Counted from the stretch's first letter, positions 1 to 10,570 are shown. The stretch: 64,000 nt of DNA from Alphaproteobacteria bacterium (GCA_964291215.2 OZ219790.1:672001-736000), one strand, 5' to 3'. The notes: generated by a model not told the origin, from the sequence alone. A program made the numbers and translations.

Positions 1-975
1 CGAAAGCGTCACCCGCCCCATGGCGCCCAGCCGCTGAATGACGACATCGCGGTTGCGGCGGTAGCGCTCCACGGTCTCGGTAACGAAGTCCTCGCCCTCG
101 CGAATGGCGGTAACGCCCGCATACTGCACGAAGGTCGTGGGACTCGCGATATTGTACTCCATGAGTTTGGAGAACCCGTCCCCCGCCGACAGCGGATGCG
201 TCATCCAGCCCAGCCTCCACCCGGTCATCGACCACGACTTCGAAAACGAATTGATGACGACCACCCGGTCTTCGTCCTCGGCGATGTCGAGAAAGGACGG
301 GGCGCGGCCAAGCGGCAGATCGGATTGGTAGGCGAGCCGGATGTAGACCTCGTCGCTGATCACCCAGATGCCACGCCTGCGACATTCCTCCAGGACAGCA
401 AACTGCTCCTCCGCCGGCATGACCCAGCCGGTGGGATTGCCGGGCGAATTGATGAATATTGCCCGCGTGTGCTCGTCGCAGTGGCTGAACAACTCGCCGA
501 TATCGAGATGCCAGCGCCCGTCAGTTCCGAGCCGAAGCAATGCCTCGCGCGGCTCAGCATCCATGATTCGCGCCGTCTCCCGGCAGTTCGGCCAGACCGG
601 GCCCACCACGACGATGTTGTCGCCGCGCGACAGCAGCGCTTCCGAGACCATCATGATCGCGTTCATTCCCGATCCCGATACGGTGATGCGATCCAGGCTG
701 ATCGGGCGACCATGCAGGCCCGTCGCGTATTCGCAGATCGCCTCGCGAAGCGGCGGAACGCCGCGGTTGCTGGCATAGAACACGTGATTGTCGGCGAGCG
801 CCGCCTCGGCTGCCCGCTTGATGAAGTCCGGTGTCGGACGATCCGGTTCGCCAAACCACAACCGCACCAGCCCGACACGGTCCATGTTGGGCTCCGAGAC
901 GTGCCTGATCAGGGATTCGGGCAGATCCTCGATGCTCCGGCGAAGGCCGTTCACTGCGCGTGCGTCCGCATCCAT
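1..975 (-). CDS. PLP-dependent aminotransferase class I/II (3' end runs off the window)
   Basis: Manual translation of the minus strand: MDADARAVNG...WFGEPDRPTP...YASNRGVPPLREAI...VINSFSKSWSMTGWRLGW (PLP-lysine motif). Absent from the ORF track because there is no stop inside the window. Confidence 0.9.
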   Translation of the reverse strand, partial: MDADARAVNGLRRSIEDLPESLIRHVSEPNMDRVGLVRLWFGEPDRPTPDFIKRAAEAALADNHVFYASNRGVPPLREAICEYATGLHGRPISLDRITVSGSGMNAIMMVSEALLSRGDNIVVVGPVWPNCRETARIMDAEPREALLRLGTDGRWHLDIGELFSHCDEHTRAIFINSPGNPTGWVMPAEEQFAVLEECRRRGIWVISDEVYIRLAYQSDLPLGRAPSFLDIAEDEDRVVVINSFSKSWSMTGWRLGWMTHPLSAGDGFSKLMEYNIASPTTFVQYAGVTAIREGEDFVTETVERYRRNRDVVIQRLGAMGRVTLS

Positions 976-1126
976 GTGCGATACTCCCGGTTGTTCCCGC
1001 GTCTATAACCGCCTCCCACTTGCTCGACAAGTGCAGACACCGTAAGAAGCGGCCGACAGCAGCGGGGATCCGGCGGCGATGGCTTGGCCCGGGCCCACGG
1101 TTACGATCGGAGAGGTTTTCGGGCCA

Positions 1127-1816
1127 ATGGATTTCGGCAATGAACAAGCGGACGCTATGCGCGTCTACGAGGTGCTCGCAGGCGGCGGGATCGGAATCGT
1201 CCCGACGGATGTCGGTTACGTGATCGTCGCCTGCGACCCGGACGCAATCTGGCGCATATTCGAGGTCAAGCAGCGCAAGCCGGACAAGCTCAACGCGGTC
1301 TGCGGCTGCAGCGAGATGCATGCGGCGCTCCATGACCTCCCCAGCGACCGGCGCGACATCGTGGCGGCGATCACCGAGCAATGCGGCCTGCCGCTCGGGA
1401 CCGCGGCGAAGGCGCGGCTCGACCACCCGGCAATGGCGATGCTCCGCCCCGACATTCTCGAGCAAACCACCGACCGCGGCACACTGGCCATGCTGCTGAA
1501 TGCCGGCCCGGTGATGGGGTCGCTGTCCCGCATCGCGTTTGCCGACAACCGCCTTGTCATCGGCTCATCGGCGAATATTTCGCTCCGGGGCGTAAAGTTC
1601 CGCGCCGGGGACATCGAACCGGAGGTACTCGATGCCGCGGATATCGTTCTCGACCGCGGCCTGATGCGCTGGCATCGCTACGAGAAGTCCTCGACCATGA
1701 TCAATTTCAGCGACATGCGCGTGATCCGCTATGGCTCGTGCTTTGACCTGATCGACGACCTGCTGCGGCGACACTTCGGCATCGAACTGCCGCCGGAACC
1801 CGGAAGGGAAGGCTGA
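1127..1816 (+). CDS. Sua5/YrdC (threonylcarbamoyl-AMP synthase-like) family protein, divergent
   Basis: PTDVGY, KQRKPDK (KxR) and SSANIS (SxN) motifs; GGAGAGG RBS upstream of ATG 1127. Confidence 0.8.
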   Translation: MDFGNEQADAMRVYEVLAGGGIGIVPTDVGYVIVACDPDAIWRIFEVKQRKPDKLNAVCGCSEMHAALHDLPSDRRDIVAAITEQCGLPLGTAAKARLDHPAMAMLRPDILEQTTDRGTLAMLLNAGPVMGSLSRIAFADNRLVIGSSANISLRGVKFRAGDIEPEVLDAADIVLDRGLMRWHRYEKSSTMINFSDMRVIRYGSCFDLIDDLLRRHFGIELPPEPGREG

Positions 1817-1819
1817 AGG

Positions 1820-2284
1820 ATGGGCGCAAGAATAGCACTTGAGGCAATCGGCACCGTGCGCGGCGGGCGCGCCGAGATCATCAACGACGACTGGGGCGGA
1901 ATCGAGGCCTGGATCGAGCTCGACGGGCGCCTCGAAGAAACGGCGCTGTCGAGCCTCGACCAGTTCTCCCACGCCGTCGTCGTCTTCCACTTCGACCGGG
2001 TTGATTCGTCGACCATCGAATGGGGTGCCCGTCATCCCCGCAACAACAGGGAATGGCCGCTGGTCGGCATCTTTGCGCAGCGCGGCAAGAACCGGCCCAA
2101 CCGGGTCGGCGTGACGACCTGCCGCATCCTCGGCGTCGAGGGACGACGGCTGCATGTGCAAGGGCTGGACGCCGTCGACGGCACCCCTGTGATCGACATC
2201 AAGCCCTACATGACCGGGTTCGAGCCGCGAGGCGAGGTCGCCGAACCGGACTGGTCGAGGGAACTCATGGCCGGTTACTGGTAA
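1820..2284 (+). CDS. TrmO/TsaA (YaeB)-like SAM-binding methyltransferase, single domain
   Basis: GIFAQRGKNRPNRVG and GLDAVDGTPVIDIKPY motifs. Confidence 0.88.
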   Translation: MGARIALEAIGTVRGGRAEIINDDWGGIEAWIELDGRLEETALSSLDQFSHAVVVFHFDRVDSSTIEWGARHPRNNREWPLVGIFAQRGKNRPNRVGVTTCRILGVEGRRLHVQGLDAVDGTPVIDIKPYMTGFEPRGEVAEPDWSRELMAGYW

Positions 2285-2489
2285 GGGCCCCGCCGGAACT
2301 CGTGCGGCTCCGGAACCGCGCGCAACTTTAGTGATTGCGCTTGCGGTGGCAAATGGGCTAATATGCCGCCGTGTGACTGCCCTGGCGTACTCTTCGACGT
2401 CTCGCGACGCGACCAGCTGCACCCGGACAGGATGATCGAGACCGTGCGGATTCCGGATCCGGCACCGCACACTGTATGGAGAAGTAGCT

Positions 2490-2699
2490 ATGCCGACAGG
2501 CACCGTAAAATGGTTCAATGCCGCAAAGGGGTTCGGATTCATCGAGCCTGAAGGCGGCGGCAAGGACGCGTTCGTGCATATTTCCGCCGTTGAGCGGGCA
2601 GGCCTTACCGGGCTGCAAGAGGGACAAAAGATCCGTTTCGAACTGGTTCCAAGCCGCGACGGTCGCGAGGCGGCAGACCAGCTGCAGGCAATCGACTGA
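2490..2699 (+). CDS. cspA: Cold-shock protein
   Basis: [15 protein letters not shown] and DAFVHISA (RNP1/RNP2). Confidence 0.95.
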   Translation: MPTGTVKWFNAAKGFGFIEPEGGGKDAFVHISAVERAGLTGLQEGQKIRFELVPSRDGREAADQLQAID

Positions 2700-2704
2700 T
2701 ACGC

Positions 2705-2740
2705 CGGCGCCCCGCCTCCTGAATGGCTGGCGGGGCGCCG
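2705..2740. terminator. GC-rich hairpin between convergent genes
   Basis: cggcgccccgcc / ggcggggcgccg 12-bp stem just after the cspA stop; no U-tract. Confidence 0.4.
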
Positions 2741-2879
2741 ACACCAGGCTCTGCCGGATCGACGCCGGCCGCGGAACGGACCGGTGACCGGGACTGTCAA
2801 GCGATGCTGCGGACTCCCGGTTCTGCGCCGGGGTCGACCTGCGTATGTTCGCTGGAAGAATGCCGGGGGTGTGCGGCCG

Positions 2880-3905
2880 TCAACGGCCGGTTTCTTGCGC
2901 CCTCTCGGCCGAGAGAAACTCGCCGATGATGCGGCGCGCATGAACGACGCCGGCATCGGCTGCGTTATTCAGCATCCCTTGGTCAGGCCGCGCCTCGATG
3001 TTCCTTTGCTGTCCAGCAAGAATGACCCGGTCCTCGTTGAAGGTCAGGTCTATCGAACGGGCTATCGTGTCGTCGATGCCGGCATCATCCAGTCTGAAAT
3101 CTCGAGAGAACGACCAGAGCTGGTCAACGGCGCTATCGCTCACCGGCGTCAGCATGCTGATGATTCGGGTATCGATGCCACGCCTCCTGTCGCCGGTGCC
3201 CGCCGGGACTCCACCAGCATCGATGATCACTGTCGATGGCGGTTCCAGCCAGATCCTGTGCCAGCGGTCGATTCTGCCCTCGAACCCGCCGACCTGCCGA
3301 TAGAACACTGACGGCTCGGTGTCATTCATCAGGCGTGTGACGGTAACGGTATTGCCTTCCCGTACCGCCGTCACCTCTGTGGTCGCCACATCGTCGGTGC
3401 CAATCGTCGATTTGTGAACGAAGGCCGTGTGAGAAAGGTCGATGAGGTTGTCGACCAGCAGGATCCAGTTGCAGTCGTAGCGCATGGTTCCGGTTACCGA
3501 GGTCCAGCCCGGATCGCCGATCCAGCGCACGTCGGGAACAAGGTTGGGGTCAGCGTGGTCGGCCGCGCCGGTCCAGACCCAGACGAGTCGGTGCTTCTCG
3601 ATGACCGGGAATGCGCGGACCCGCGCGCGGGACGGAACGTTCCGCTGGCCCGGGACGGCAGTGCAGGCGCCATCAAGGTCGAATCTCATCCCATGGTAGC
3701 CGCAAACGATGTTCTCTCCCTCAACCGAGCCGAAGGACAGCGGTGCGAAGCGATGGGGACAGCAGTCCTCGACCGCAGCGGCGCGACCGGACGCGGTCCG
3801 GTAGAGCGCGACATCCTCGTCCAGAATCCGTCTTGCCGCCGGGCCGCCTGTCAACTCTTCGGACCAGCAGGCCGCGTACCATGCGTTGCGAACGAAATCA
3901 GTCAT
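2880..3905 (-). CDS. Rieske non-heme iron oxygenase alpha subunit (VanA/O-demethylase-like)
   Basis: CPH...CGYHG Rieske motif; DNLIDLSHTAFVH mononuclear Fe motif. Confidence 0.92.
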   Translation of the reverse strand: MTDFVRNAWYAACWSEELTGGPAARRILDEDVALYRTASGRAAAVEDCCPHRFAPLSFGSVEGENIVCGYHGMRFDLDGACTAVPGQRNVPSRARVRAFPVIEKHRLVWVWTGAADHADPNLVPDVRWIGDPGWTSVTGTMRYDCNWILLVDNLIDLSHTAFVHKSTIGTDDVATTEVTAVREGNTVTVTRLMNDTEPSVFYRQVGGFEGRIDRWHRIWLEPPSTVIIDAGGVPAGTGDRRRGIDTRIISMLTPVSDSAVDQLWSFSRDFRLDDAGIDDTIARSIDLTFNEDRVILAGQQRNIEARPDQGMLNNAADAGVVHARRIIGEFLSAERAQETGR

Positions 3906-3936
3906 GACAGTTTCCTGTTACGGGTCGACGGCATCC

Positions 3937-5505
3937 TCAGACGCGCCGGTCCGTCCCCTCCCAATAGGGATCGCGCAAGCGGCGCTTAACGACCTTGCCA
4001 GGGCCGGTCGTCGGCAGGGGGCCTGCGACAAAATCCAGCGACTTCGGGATCTTGTAGCCGGCGATCCGGCCGCGGCAGAACTCGAGGATCTCGGCCGCCG
4101 AAACATCCTCGTGACCGCCGCGCCTGACGACGATCGCATGGACCTGTTCACCCCACAACTCGTGAGGGATCCCGAAGACAGCGGTTTCGAGCACCGCAGG
4201 ATGGGTCGAGAGCAGGTTCTCGACCTCGATCGAATAGACATTCTCGGCGCCGGTGATGATCATATCCTTCTTGCGGTCAACCAGATAGAGATGCCCCGTG
4301 TCGTCGAGATAGCCCATGTCGCCGGTACTGTACCAGCCGTTGCTAAGTACCTCGGACGTCAGGTCGGGGCGGCGCCAGTACCCCTTCATGACCTTGGGCC
4401 CGCCGCACAGCACCTCACCGACAGTACCGGCGGGGAGGTCGTTGCCGCCGTCATCGACGACGCGAAGATCGATCAGCGGCGTCGGCGGCCCGCATGAGGC
4501 CGCACGGTGGACACCGCCGTCAGAAACCGCAAGGTCGTGCTCCGAGGGGTGCAGGCAGCAGGCGAGTCCGGTCGTTTCGGTGATGCCGTAGGTATGCAGA
4601 AGGAGGTCGGACGGGAGAAATTCCCCCGCCTTCCGGAGCACTCCGATCGGCGTCGGTGAACCGCCATACATGATCTGGCTAAGGCTAGAAAGATCGTAAT
4701 CTGCGACGCCGCCGTGGTTGGCAATCATCGCGATCAGGGTGGCCGGCAGCGATGTAATGGTGACGCGTTCCGACTCGATCAGCCGCAGCGCCTTGTCGGG
4801 TCGGAACTGCACGCAGACCTGCGTGCCGCCGACCATGGGCACGGCCCAGAATGCAACGGCGTCGGCGAGATGGAACATCGGCGCACAGTGCAGCCAGATG
4901 CTGCCCAGCCGGAAATCCATCGTGCCGATGCAATCGAGGCCGCAGCAGAACACGTTGGTATTGGTCAGGCAGACGCCCTTGGGATCACCGGTCGTGCCCG
5001 ACGTGTAGTAGATCTGCATGACGTCATCGAGGCCGCTTCCCGGTTCGGTAAACCGCTCCGAGGCGGCGCCGATCAGGGTCTCGTAGTCGGCGACGCCGGC
5101 CGGACAGGGATCGATGTCGAGCCCGACGAGGAACTCGAGCGAGGGTGCTTCCGACCGCACTTCCTCAAGGAGGCCGCCGAACGGCTCCGACAGCAGGAGC
5201 GCCCGCGCGTCGGAGTCGTTGAAGATGTATGCAAGCTCGGGGGGCGCCAGCCGCGAATTGAGCGGCAGGAACGCGAACCCCGCGAGCGCGCACGCGTAAT
5301 AGGCCTCGGCGTAGCGATGAGAATTGTGATCGAGTACGGCAACGCGATCGCCGCGCTCCAGCCCGAGCCCGCGAAGGGCATTGGCAAGCCGGTGCACGCG
5401 GCCGCCCAGCTGGCGATAAGTCAGCCGCACGTCTCCGTCCACCAGCGCGGGACGCTCCGGAAAGAACAGGACGGCGCGCTCCAGTATGCGCGATGCGGTG
5501 TACAA
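3937..5505 (-). CDS. Acyl-CoA synthetase (AMP-binding, long-chain fatty acid/aryl-CoA ligase family)
   Basis: YTSGTTGDPKG, YGITET, TGDMG and DRKKDMII motifs; probable TTG start at 5505 after a GGGGAG RBS. Confidence 0.9.
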   Translation of the reverse strand: MYTASRILERAVLFFPERPALVDGDVRLTYRQLGGRVHRLANALRGLGLERGDRVAVLDHNSHRYAEAYYACALAGFAFLPLNSRLAPPELAYIFNDSDARALLLSEPFGGLLEEVRSEAPSLEFLVGLDIDPCPAGVADYETLIGAASERFTEPGSGLDDVMQIYYTSGTTGDPKGVCLTNTNVFCCGLDCIGTMDFRLGSIWLHCAPMFHLADAVAFWAVPMVGGTQVCVQFRPDKALRLIESERVTITSLPATLIAMIANHGGVADYDLSSLSQIMYGGSPTPIGVLRKAGEFLPSDLLLHTYGITETTGLACCLHPSEHDLAVSDGGVHRAASCGPPTPLIDLRVVDDGGNDLPAGTVGEVLCGGPKVMKGYWRRPDLTSEVLSNGWYSTGDMGYLDDTGHLYLVDRKKDMIITGAENVYSIEVENLLSTHPAVLETAVFGIPHELWGEQVHAIVVRRGGHEDVSAAEILEFCRGRIAGYKIPKSLDFVAGPLPTTGPGKVVKRRLRDPYWEGTDRRV

Positions 5506-5635
5506 GCGACGGTCTCCCCCGATGCTCGAGGGGATAGTTGTCCCAATGCCGGCACAAGGCAAGTGGTCCGGGTCGCCTTTTCCGATGCCGGCCGGTCTTC
5601 TACCATGCGCCGCCCACAGACCTGAGGAGAAGCCC

Positions 5636-6424
5636 ATGGACTACACCGATATCGAATTCGACCTGCGCGAGGACGGCATAGCGACGATGACGCTCAACCG
5701 CCCGGAACGTCTCAACAGCTTCACCCGCAAGATGTTCGACGAATGGCGCGACGTGATCGCGCATTGCGCGTTCAACGAGAAGGTACGGGTGCTGGTGATT
5801 ACCGGTCGGGGGCGGGCGTTCTCTTCGGGGGTCGACCTGTCGATGCTCGGAAGCGACAGGCTCAAGCCGCCAGCGTTCCGCTTCTACTACCGTCAAGCCC
5901 ACCAGGCATTTGACGATCTTGAGGCGCTCGAGGTCCCGGTCATCGCTGCGGTGAACGGGCTCTGCTACGGCGGCGGCGTGGAACTCGCTCTGTCCTGCGA
6001 CATTACGGTCGCTGACGAGAACGCGACCTTCTGCCTGATCGAGAACCAGCTCGGCGCAATCCCGGCATCTGGCGCCTGCAACCGCATGATTCACCACGTT
6101 GGCCTCGCCAAGACCAAGGAGCTGATCATCTCCGCCGACCCGATCAACGCCGCTGAGGCGCGGCGCATCGGCCTAGTCAGCGAGGTCTGCCGGGAGAATG
6201 AACTGATGCAACGGGTCTATGCGCGCGCCGAGCGGCTTCTCAAGAACTCCCCGTTCGCCATGGGCATGGCCAAACACATCGTCAACATGTGCGTCAATGC
6301 CGACATGCACACCGGCCGTGACATCGAGCGCTTGGCGCAGTCGGGACTTATGCTCTCGGAAGATCACCGCGAAGGCATGGCCGCCTTCTTCGAGAAACGG
6401 AAACCGCGCTTCCGCGGAGCGTAG
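5636..6424 (+). CDS. Enoyl-CoA hydratase/isomerase (crotonase) family
   Basis: LNRPERLN, AFSSGVDL, IAAVNGLCYGGGVELAL; GAGGAG RBS. Confidence 0.92.
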   Translation: MDYTDIEFDLREDGIATMTLNRPERLNSFTRKMFDEWRDVIAHCAFNEKVRVLVITGRGRAFSSGVDLSMLGSDRLKPPAFRFYYRQAHQAFDDLEALEVPVIAAVNGLCYGGGVELALSCDITVADENATFCLIENQLGAIPASGACNRMIHHVGLAKTKELIISADPINAAEARRIGLVSEVCRENELMQRVYARAERLLKNSPFAMGMAKHIVNMCVNADMHTGRDIERLAQSGLMLSEDHREGMAAFFEKRKPRFRGA

Positions 6425-6439
6425 GTGCCGCGGCGACCG

Positions 6440-6988
6440 TCAGCCCTTCGCGAACGGCGGCTCGCCGTCGGGAACCGCTACATCGAAAACGTTGAGGGTA
6501 AACGACACCAGGCTGTAGTATCCGCAGAGCCCGACCAGATCGACCATGCCCGCATTGCCTAGAAGTTTGCAGCCGGACGCGTAGCGCTCGTCGGAAAGGT
6601 GCCCGGTTTCCATGATCTCCTTGGCGAGTTCGTGGACAAGCCTCTCGTCGGGCGAAAGCGGCTCGGGCGTTGCACCCGTCCTCAGCTTCTCGAGCGCCGC
6701 TGCCGATATTCCCGCCTTCTCCGCCAGCGGCGCATGCGCATACCACTCGAAATTGGCCTGCCAGTGGCGCGCCACCGTGCAGATCGCGATTTCGCGGAGC
6801 CCGTCGGACATCTCCGTACCGAAACGCAGATAAGCGCCCGTCTGCTGGGCAGGGTCGGCCAGTCCCGGCGCATGGAGCCAGGGGCCGAACGGCCCGCGGA
6901 TGGAACCGCGGCTGGACGTGATCGAGTCTGCAATACGCTGCTGGTCTTCGTTGTAGTCCGACGGTTGCGGCGGGCCTAGTCGCGCCAT
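6440..6988 (-). CDS. Carboxymuconolactone decarboxylase/AhpD-like protein
   Basis: GPFGPWLHAP, LREIAIC...FEWYAH motifs; GAGGA RBS. Confidence 0.82.
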   Translation of the reverse strand: MARLGPPQPSDYNEDQQRIADSITSSRGSIRGPFGPWLHAPGLADPAQQTGAYLRFGTEMSDGLREIAICTVARHWQANFEWYAHAPLAEKAGISAAALEKLRTGATPEPLSPDERLVHELAKEIMETGHLSDERYASGCKLLGNAGMVDLVGLCGYYSLVSFTLNVFDVAVPDGEPPFAKG

Positions 6989-7088
6989 CTGCTCATTCCT
7001 CAGGTGGTCGGTGCGCCGGAACAACTCCGGCGGCGCGGTACTCTATCCGATCGCGGGCGCGTCTGAAAACCGCGCCGCAGCAGAACGC

Positions 7089-8741
7089 TCACAATCCCTC
7101 AAGATGCTCGCGCGAGAAGTCGTAACCTTCCTTGACCAGGCACTCGATAAGGAACGGCCGGTCCGATTCAGTGACCTTTCGCGCTTCCTCGAGAGCCGGA
7201 AGGAAGGCGTTGGGGGTTTCGACCCTGGCCGCGGCGACGCCAAGGCCCTCGGCCACCATCGCGTAGTTGCCGCTGACGGTCAGCGCACCGTATTTGGCGG
7301 TCGATGTCTTCAGAACATCTCGCTCGGCCGCCATCACCCCGTTGTTGAACACGATCGTCAGCGTCCCTATCCCGTTCCGCGCCGCTGTCTCGAGATCCAT
7401 CCCCGTCATGCCGATGGCTGCATCCCCCATCACGTTGATGCAGAGCTTGTCCGGCGCCGCCAGCCTGGCGCCCATGTTCAGGCCGAGGCCGTAGCCGAGT
7501 TGGGTGGACTTGCCCCAGCCGAGATAGCCGAGAGGCGCCGTAGCCTGCCAGAACGGCAGCAGCTGCTCGCGCGGCCCACCCGAATCATGCGTGATGATGA
7601 CCTCGCCCGGATCCACCGCATCCATGAGGTCCGCAATCAGGCGATACTGGTTGATCGGAATCTCGTCGGACCGCAGCTGCACTTCCCAGTCCCCGAGCCA
7701 GGCTGCACGCACCGCCGCGATCTCGCCGGCGAGCCGCTCCATGGACGCGGCCGGCGGGCTCCCTTCCTTCCGCGACCGTATCTCGGCACCAAGCATGACG
7801 AGCACGAGTTTCGCGTCGCCGACCACGCCATGATCCACCCGGTAGTCCTTGTTGATGTCCACAGGATCGTTCGTCGCATGGATGATGCGCTTGTCGGAAG
7901 GGATCATAGGACCGAAGGGAGTTCTGGTCAGGCTCGATCCGACGGCGAACACGACATCGCTCCGCTTCATCATCTCGACCAGCATGCGCGGTCGCGATCG
8001 CGTGCTCGCTCCGACCGCCAGGGGGTGATTCTCAGGAAACGCGCTCTTGCCGGGATTCGTGGTCATGACCGGCGCAGGAAGGAGCTCGGCAAGTTCCACC
8101 AGCTCGCCGCTGGCATCCGCATAGAGGACCCCCTGGCCGGCCCAAAGGAGAGGATGCTCCGCTTCAAGCAACATGTCGGCGGCACGGGCTATCGCTGCGG
8201 GGTCGGGCGCCGCTGCCAGTGCCTCGACAGGCATGTAGTCGACCTCACCGTCGAAATCCTGCTCCCAAACCTCGACCGGAATCTCGACGAGCACCGGACC
8301 TCCCTTGCCGCTACGCATGGCATGATAGGCTTGGCGCAGTGCGTCCGAAATCTCCGCCGCGTCATGAACTCGGGCAGCCCATTTGGTGATCGGTGCGAAG
8401 ACATCGGCCGCGCTGAACGTCGGATGTCGGTACTGGCGATCAAGCCCTGCTCCCGCCGGAAGGATGAGGATGGGAACGTTTTCGGCATAGGCTTGGGCAA
8501 CCCCGGCAAAGGCGTTTTCGATTCCGGGGCCCTGCTGGACCGCAAATACGCCGTTGATGCGGCCGCGCCGGATGCGCGTGTAGCCGTCGGCGATCCCGAC
8601 GCCGACCCGCTCCTGGCGGCAGAGGATGGGGCGGATATCCAGCTTGGCGCAGGCTTCTATGAGCGGATTGCGCGGATAGCAGGACAGGAACTCCGTACCT
8701 TCCCGCGCGAGAATGGTGGCGACGACATCAGCTCCGTTCAT
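7089..8741 (-). CDS. Thiamine pyrophosphate-requiring enzyme (acetolactate synthase-like, probably catabolic)
   Basis: CRQERVG, QQGPGIEN and GDAAIGM...FNN ThDP motif. Confidence 0.88.
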   Translation of the reverse strand: MNGADVVATILAREGTEFLSCYPRNPLIEACAKLDIRPILCRQERVGVGIADGYTRIRRGRINGVFAVQQGPGIENAFAGVAQAYAENVPILILPAGAGLDRQYRHPTFSAADVFAPITKWAARVHDAAEISDALRQAYHAMRSGKGGPVLVEIPVEVWEQDFDGEVDYMPVEALAAAPDPAAIARAADMLLEAEHPLLWAGQGVLYADASGELVELAELLPAPVMTTNPGKSAFPENHPLAVGASTRSRPRMLVEMMKRSDVVFAVGSSLTRTPFGPMIPSDKRIIHATNDPVDINKDYRVDHGVVGDAKLVLVMLGAEIRSRKEGSPPAASMERLAGEIAAVRAAWLGDWEVQLRSDEIPINQYRLIADLMDAVDPGEVIITHDSGGPREQLLPFWQATAPLGYLGWGKSTQLGYGLGLNMGARLAAPDKLCINVMGDAAIGMTGMDLETAARNGIGTLTIVFNNGVMAAERDVLKTSTAKYGALTVSGNYAMVAEGLGVAAARVETPNAFLPALEEARKVTESDRPFLIECLVKEGYDFSREHLEGL

Positions 8742-9342
8742 CGGGCCTCCTTGATCCGCGGCACTGCGCCGAATCCGTGTGGAAATGTCCAGCGGAGCCA
8801 TTCTTGCCAAGAATTCGGCCGCCGACGGCAGGTGCCGCCAACGCCCGGGCGAGGTCCCGTCGGACAGAGACTATCAGTACCCGGACATGCGCGCGAATCC
8901 ACCGGCATCCAATCGACGTGCGACCGGGCCTGTTCCGTGGCGGCCACCAGATGCCATCGGAAACAGGCTGGAGTTCCATCAGGCTGCGGATCTTGTAGAG
9001 TGTCAGGGCTCGATCGGCGCCGGACCACCGATGCGCCGCACCATGGGGCCGCAAGAGCTGCCATCGGACAAGTCCACGGACCCACCCATTGCCGCGACGA
9101 ACACACCGCCATGCGTCAACGCCTCGCCAAGGTACGGAGAAGCGATCGAAAAACCACCTCCCCGTTCCATGCTGAAGGGTTTGCCGTATTGCGTCACCAT
9201 GATCCTTACTGCCCGGAAAGCCAGTCGGAACTCCCAGTTGCACCCCCGGAGCGTGACTGCCATCATGGCTCCGGTCGAATTGTCAAAAGCGGGCTCACTC
9301 TGATTGTCGCACGCTATCAGGAGAGAAAATAGGGTGAAGAAA

Positions 9343-10170
9343 ATGTCTATGGAATTATATTACCTTAAGGAGACAGATTCCATATGTTCAAATCGGGTCA
9401 TAGTTACTCTTTATGAGAAAGGCATTACCAACTGGACCCCTGTCAAGATGATTTTGATGAATCGGGACCAGTTCAAGCCTTCATATCTGGAAATAAATCC
9501 TAACGGAACTGTTCCGACACTTGTTCATAACGGCGCCGTGATACGCGAGTCTTCGCTCATTTGCAGCTACATCGACACCCTGAAAGCCGATCCGCCGCTT
9601 GTTCCCGACGACCCCGTAGAGCGCTTTCACATGGCAGAGTGGATCAAGCTTTTTGACGAACGTGGATTCGAAGCCTGTGCAGTAGTCAATTTCCTCACCA
9701 AGTTTCGCCTAACCATTCCGCGAGAAGAGTTCGTGAAGCGCTGGAAATACGTCCCCAACATAGATCGCCTTTATCGCCAAAAGTCGGTTGTGCTGGATGG
9801 TCTCAACTCCCCTTACGTGCTGCGAGCAATCGGTGCCCTTGAGACGATCTTTCGCAGAATGGAAAAAGCTCTCGGAGACGGCCGGCCGTTTCTGATGGGC
9901 GACCAGTTCACTCTGGCCGAAACCAACCTGGCTCCATTCATCAAGGTGATCGAGATGGTGCGGTTTCTGGACTTCTGGCTTGAGCCATATCCGCTGACCA
10001 GAGCTTGGTGGGATCGCATGGCGAGCAGGCCGAGCATTCGGCAACTCGATGAATTCCCGAGCAATGCGGTTGCAGAAGACTCTCCGCATGCGCGGGCAGG
10101 CCGTGAAACGGAACCGGGCTTCCGAGAGAAACTTGCGGAATACCGCGAAACCTTCGCCCATGCATTCTGA
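9343..10170 (+). CDS. Glutathione S-transferase family protein
   Basis: SICSNRV, INPNGTVPTL, ESSLICSYI, FTLAET motifs; visibly lower GC than its neighbours. Confidence 0.88.
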   Translation: MSMELYYLKETDSICSNRVIVTLYEKGITNWTPVKMILMNRDQFKPSYLEINPNGTVPTLVHNGAVIRESSLICSYIDTLKADPPLVPDDPVERFHMAEWIKLFDERGFEACAVVNFLTKFRLTIPREEFVKRWKYVPNIDRLYRQKSVVLDGLNSPYVLRAIGALETIFRRMEKALGDGRPFLMGDQFTLAETNLAPFIKVIEMVRFLDFWLEPYPLTRAWWDRMASRPSIRQLDEFPSNAVAEDSPHARAGRETEPGFREKLAEYRETFAHAF

Positions 10171-10309
10171 ATGCGAGAAGGCAATCCTGTTCGGGAAGTT
10201 CGGGCTGGAGCCGCTGCCGGAGCGCGCGACGGCGAAAGAGACCGTGGTTCGCCGGCGCGGCCGGTGTCATCGCCAAACCGGCAAATCTACTGAACGTCTG
10301 TGTTTGATC

Positions 10310-10570
10310 GGTTACGCCGAACGCGCCGCCATGGACGAGGCCTTGCTTGCTCTCGGCAGCACGACCTTCGACATCCACCTCAACGGCGAGGCGTTCTGGC
10401 ACAATGTCCCCGCCGCCGTGTGGAGCTACCGCCTGGGCGGCTACCAGGCGCTCAAGAAATAGCTGTCCTACCGCGAGCGCGCCGTCCTGGACCGCTCCCT
10501 GCTGCCGGAGGAAGTGCAGCACTTCGCCGATACGGCGCGGCGGATCGCTTCGGTCCTGCTGCTTGCAAGG
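10310..10570 (+). pseudogene. C-terminal fragment of a Type ISP restriction-modification enzyme
   Basis: FWHNVPAAVWSYRLGGYQALKK*LSYRERAVLDRSLLPEEVQHFADTARRIA resembles the ISP C-terminal specificity domain; the conserved W codon is TAG; the rest of the gene is absent. Confidence 0.7.

Noticed and set aside
7011-9332. Long antisense ORFs (773 aa here; also 14256-16145, 52159-54321, 57543-59888, 60080-61921)
   Set aside because: Shadow frames of real genes in GC-rich DNA; no motifs
8742-9342. Spacer with a small hairpin (8928-8968) and short ORFs
   Set aside because: Single imperfect hairpin; ORFs lack motifs
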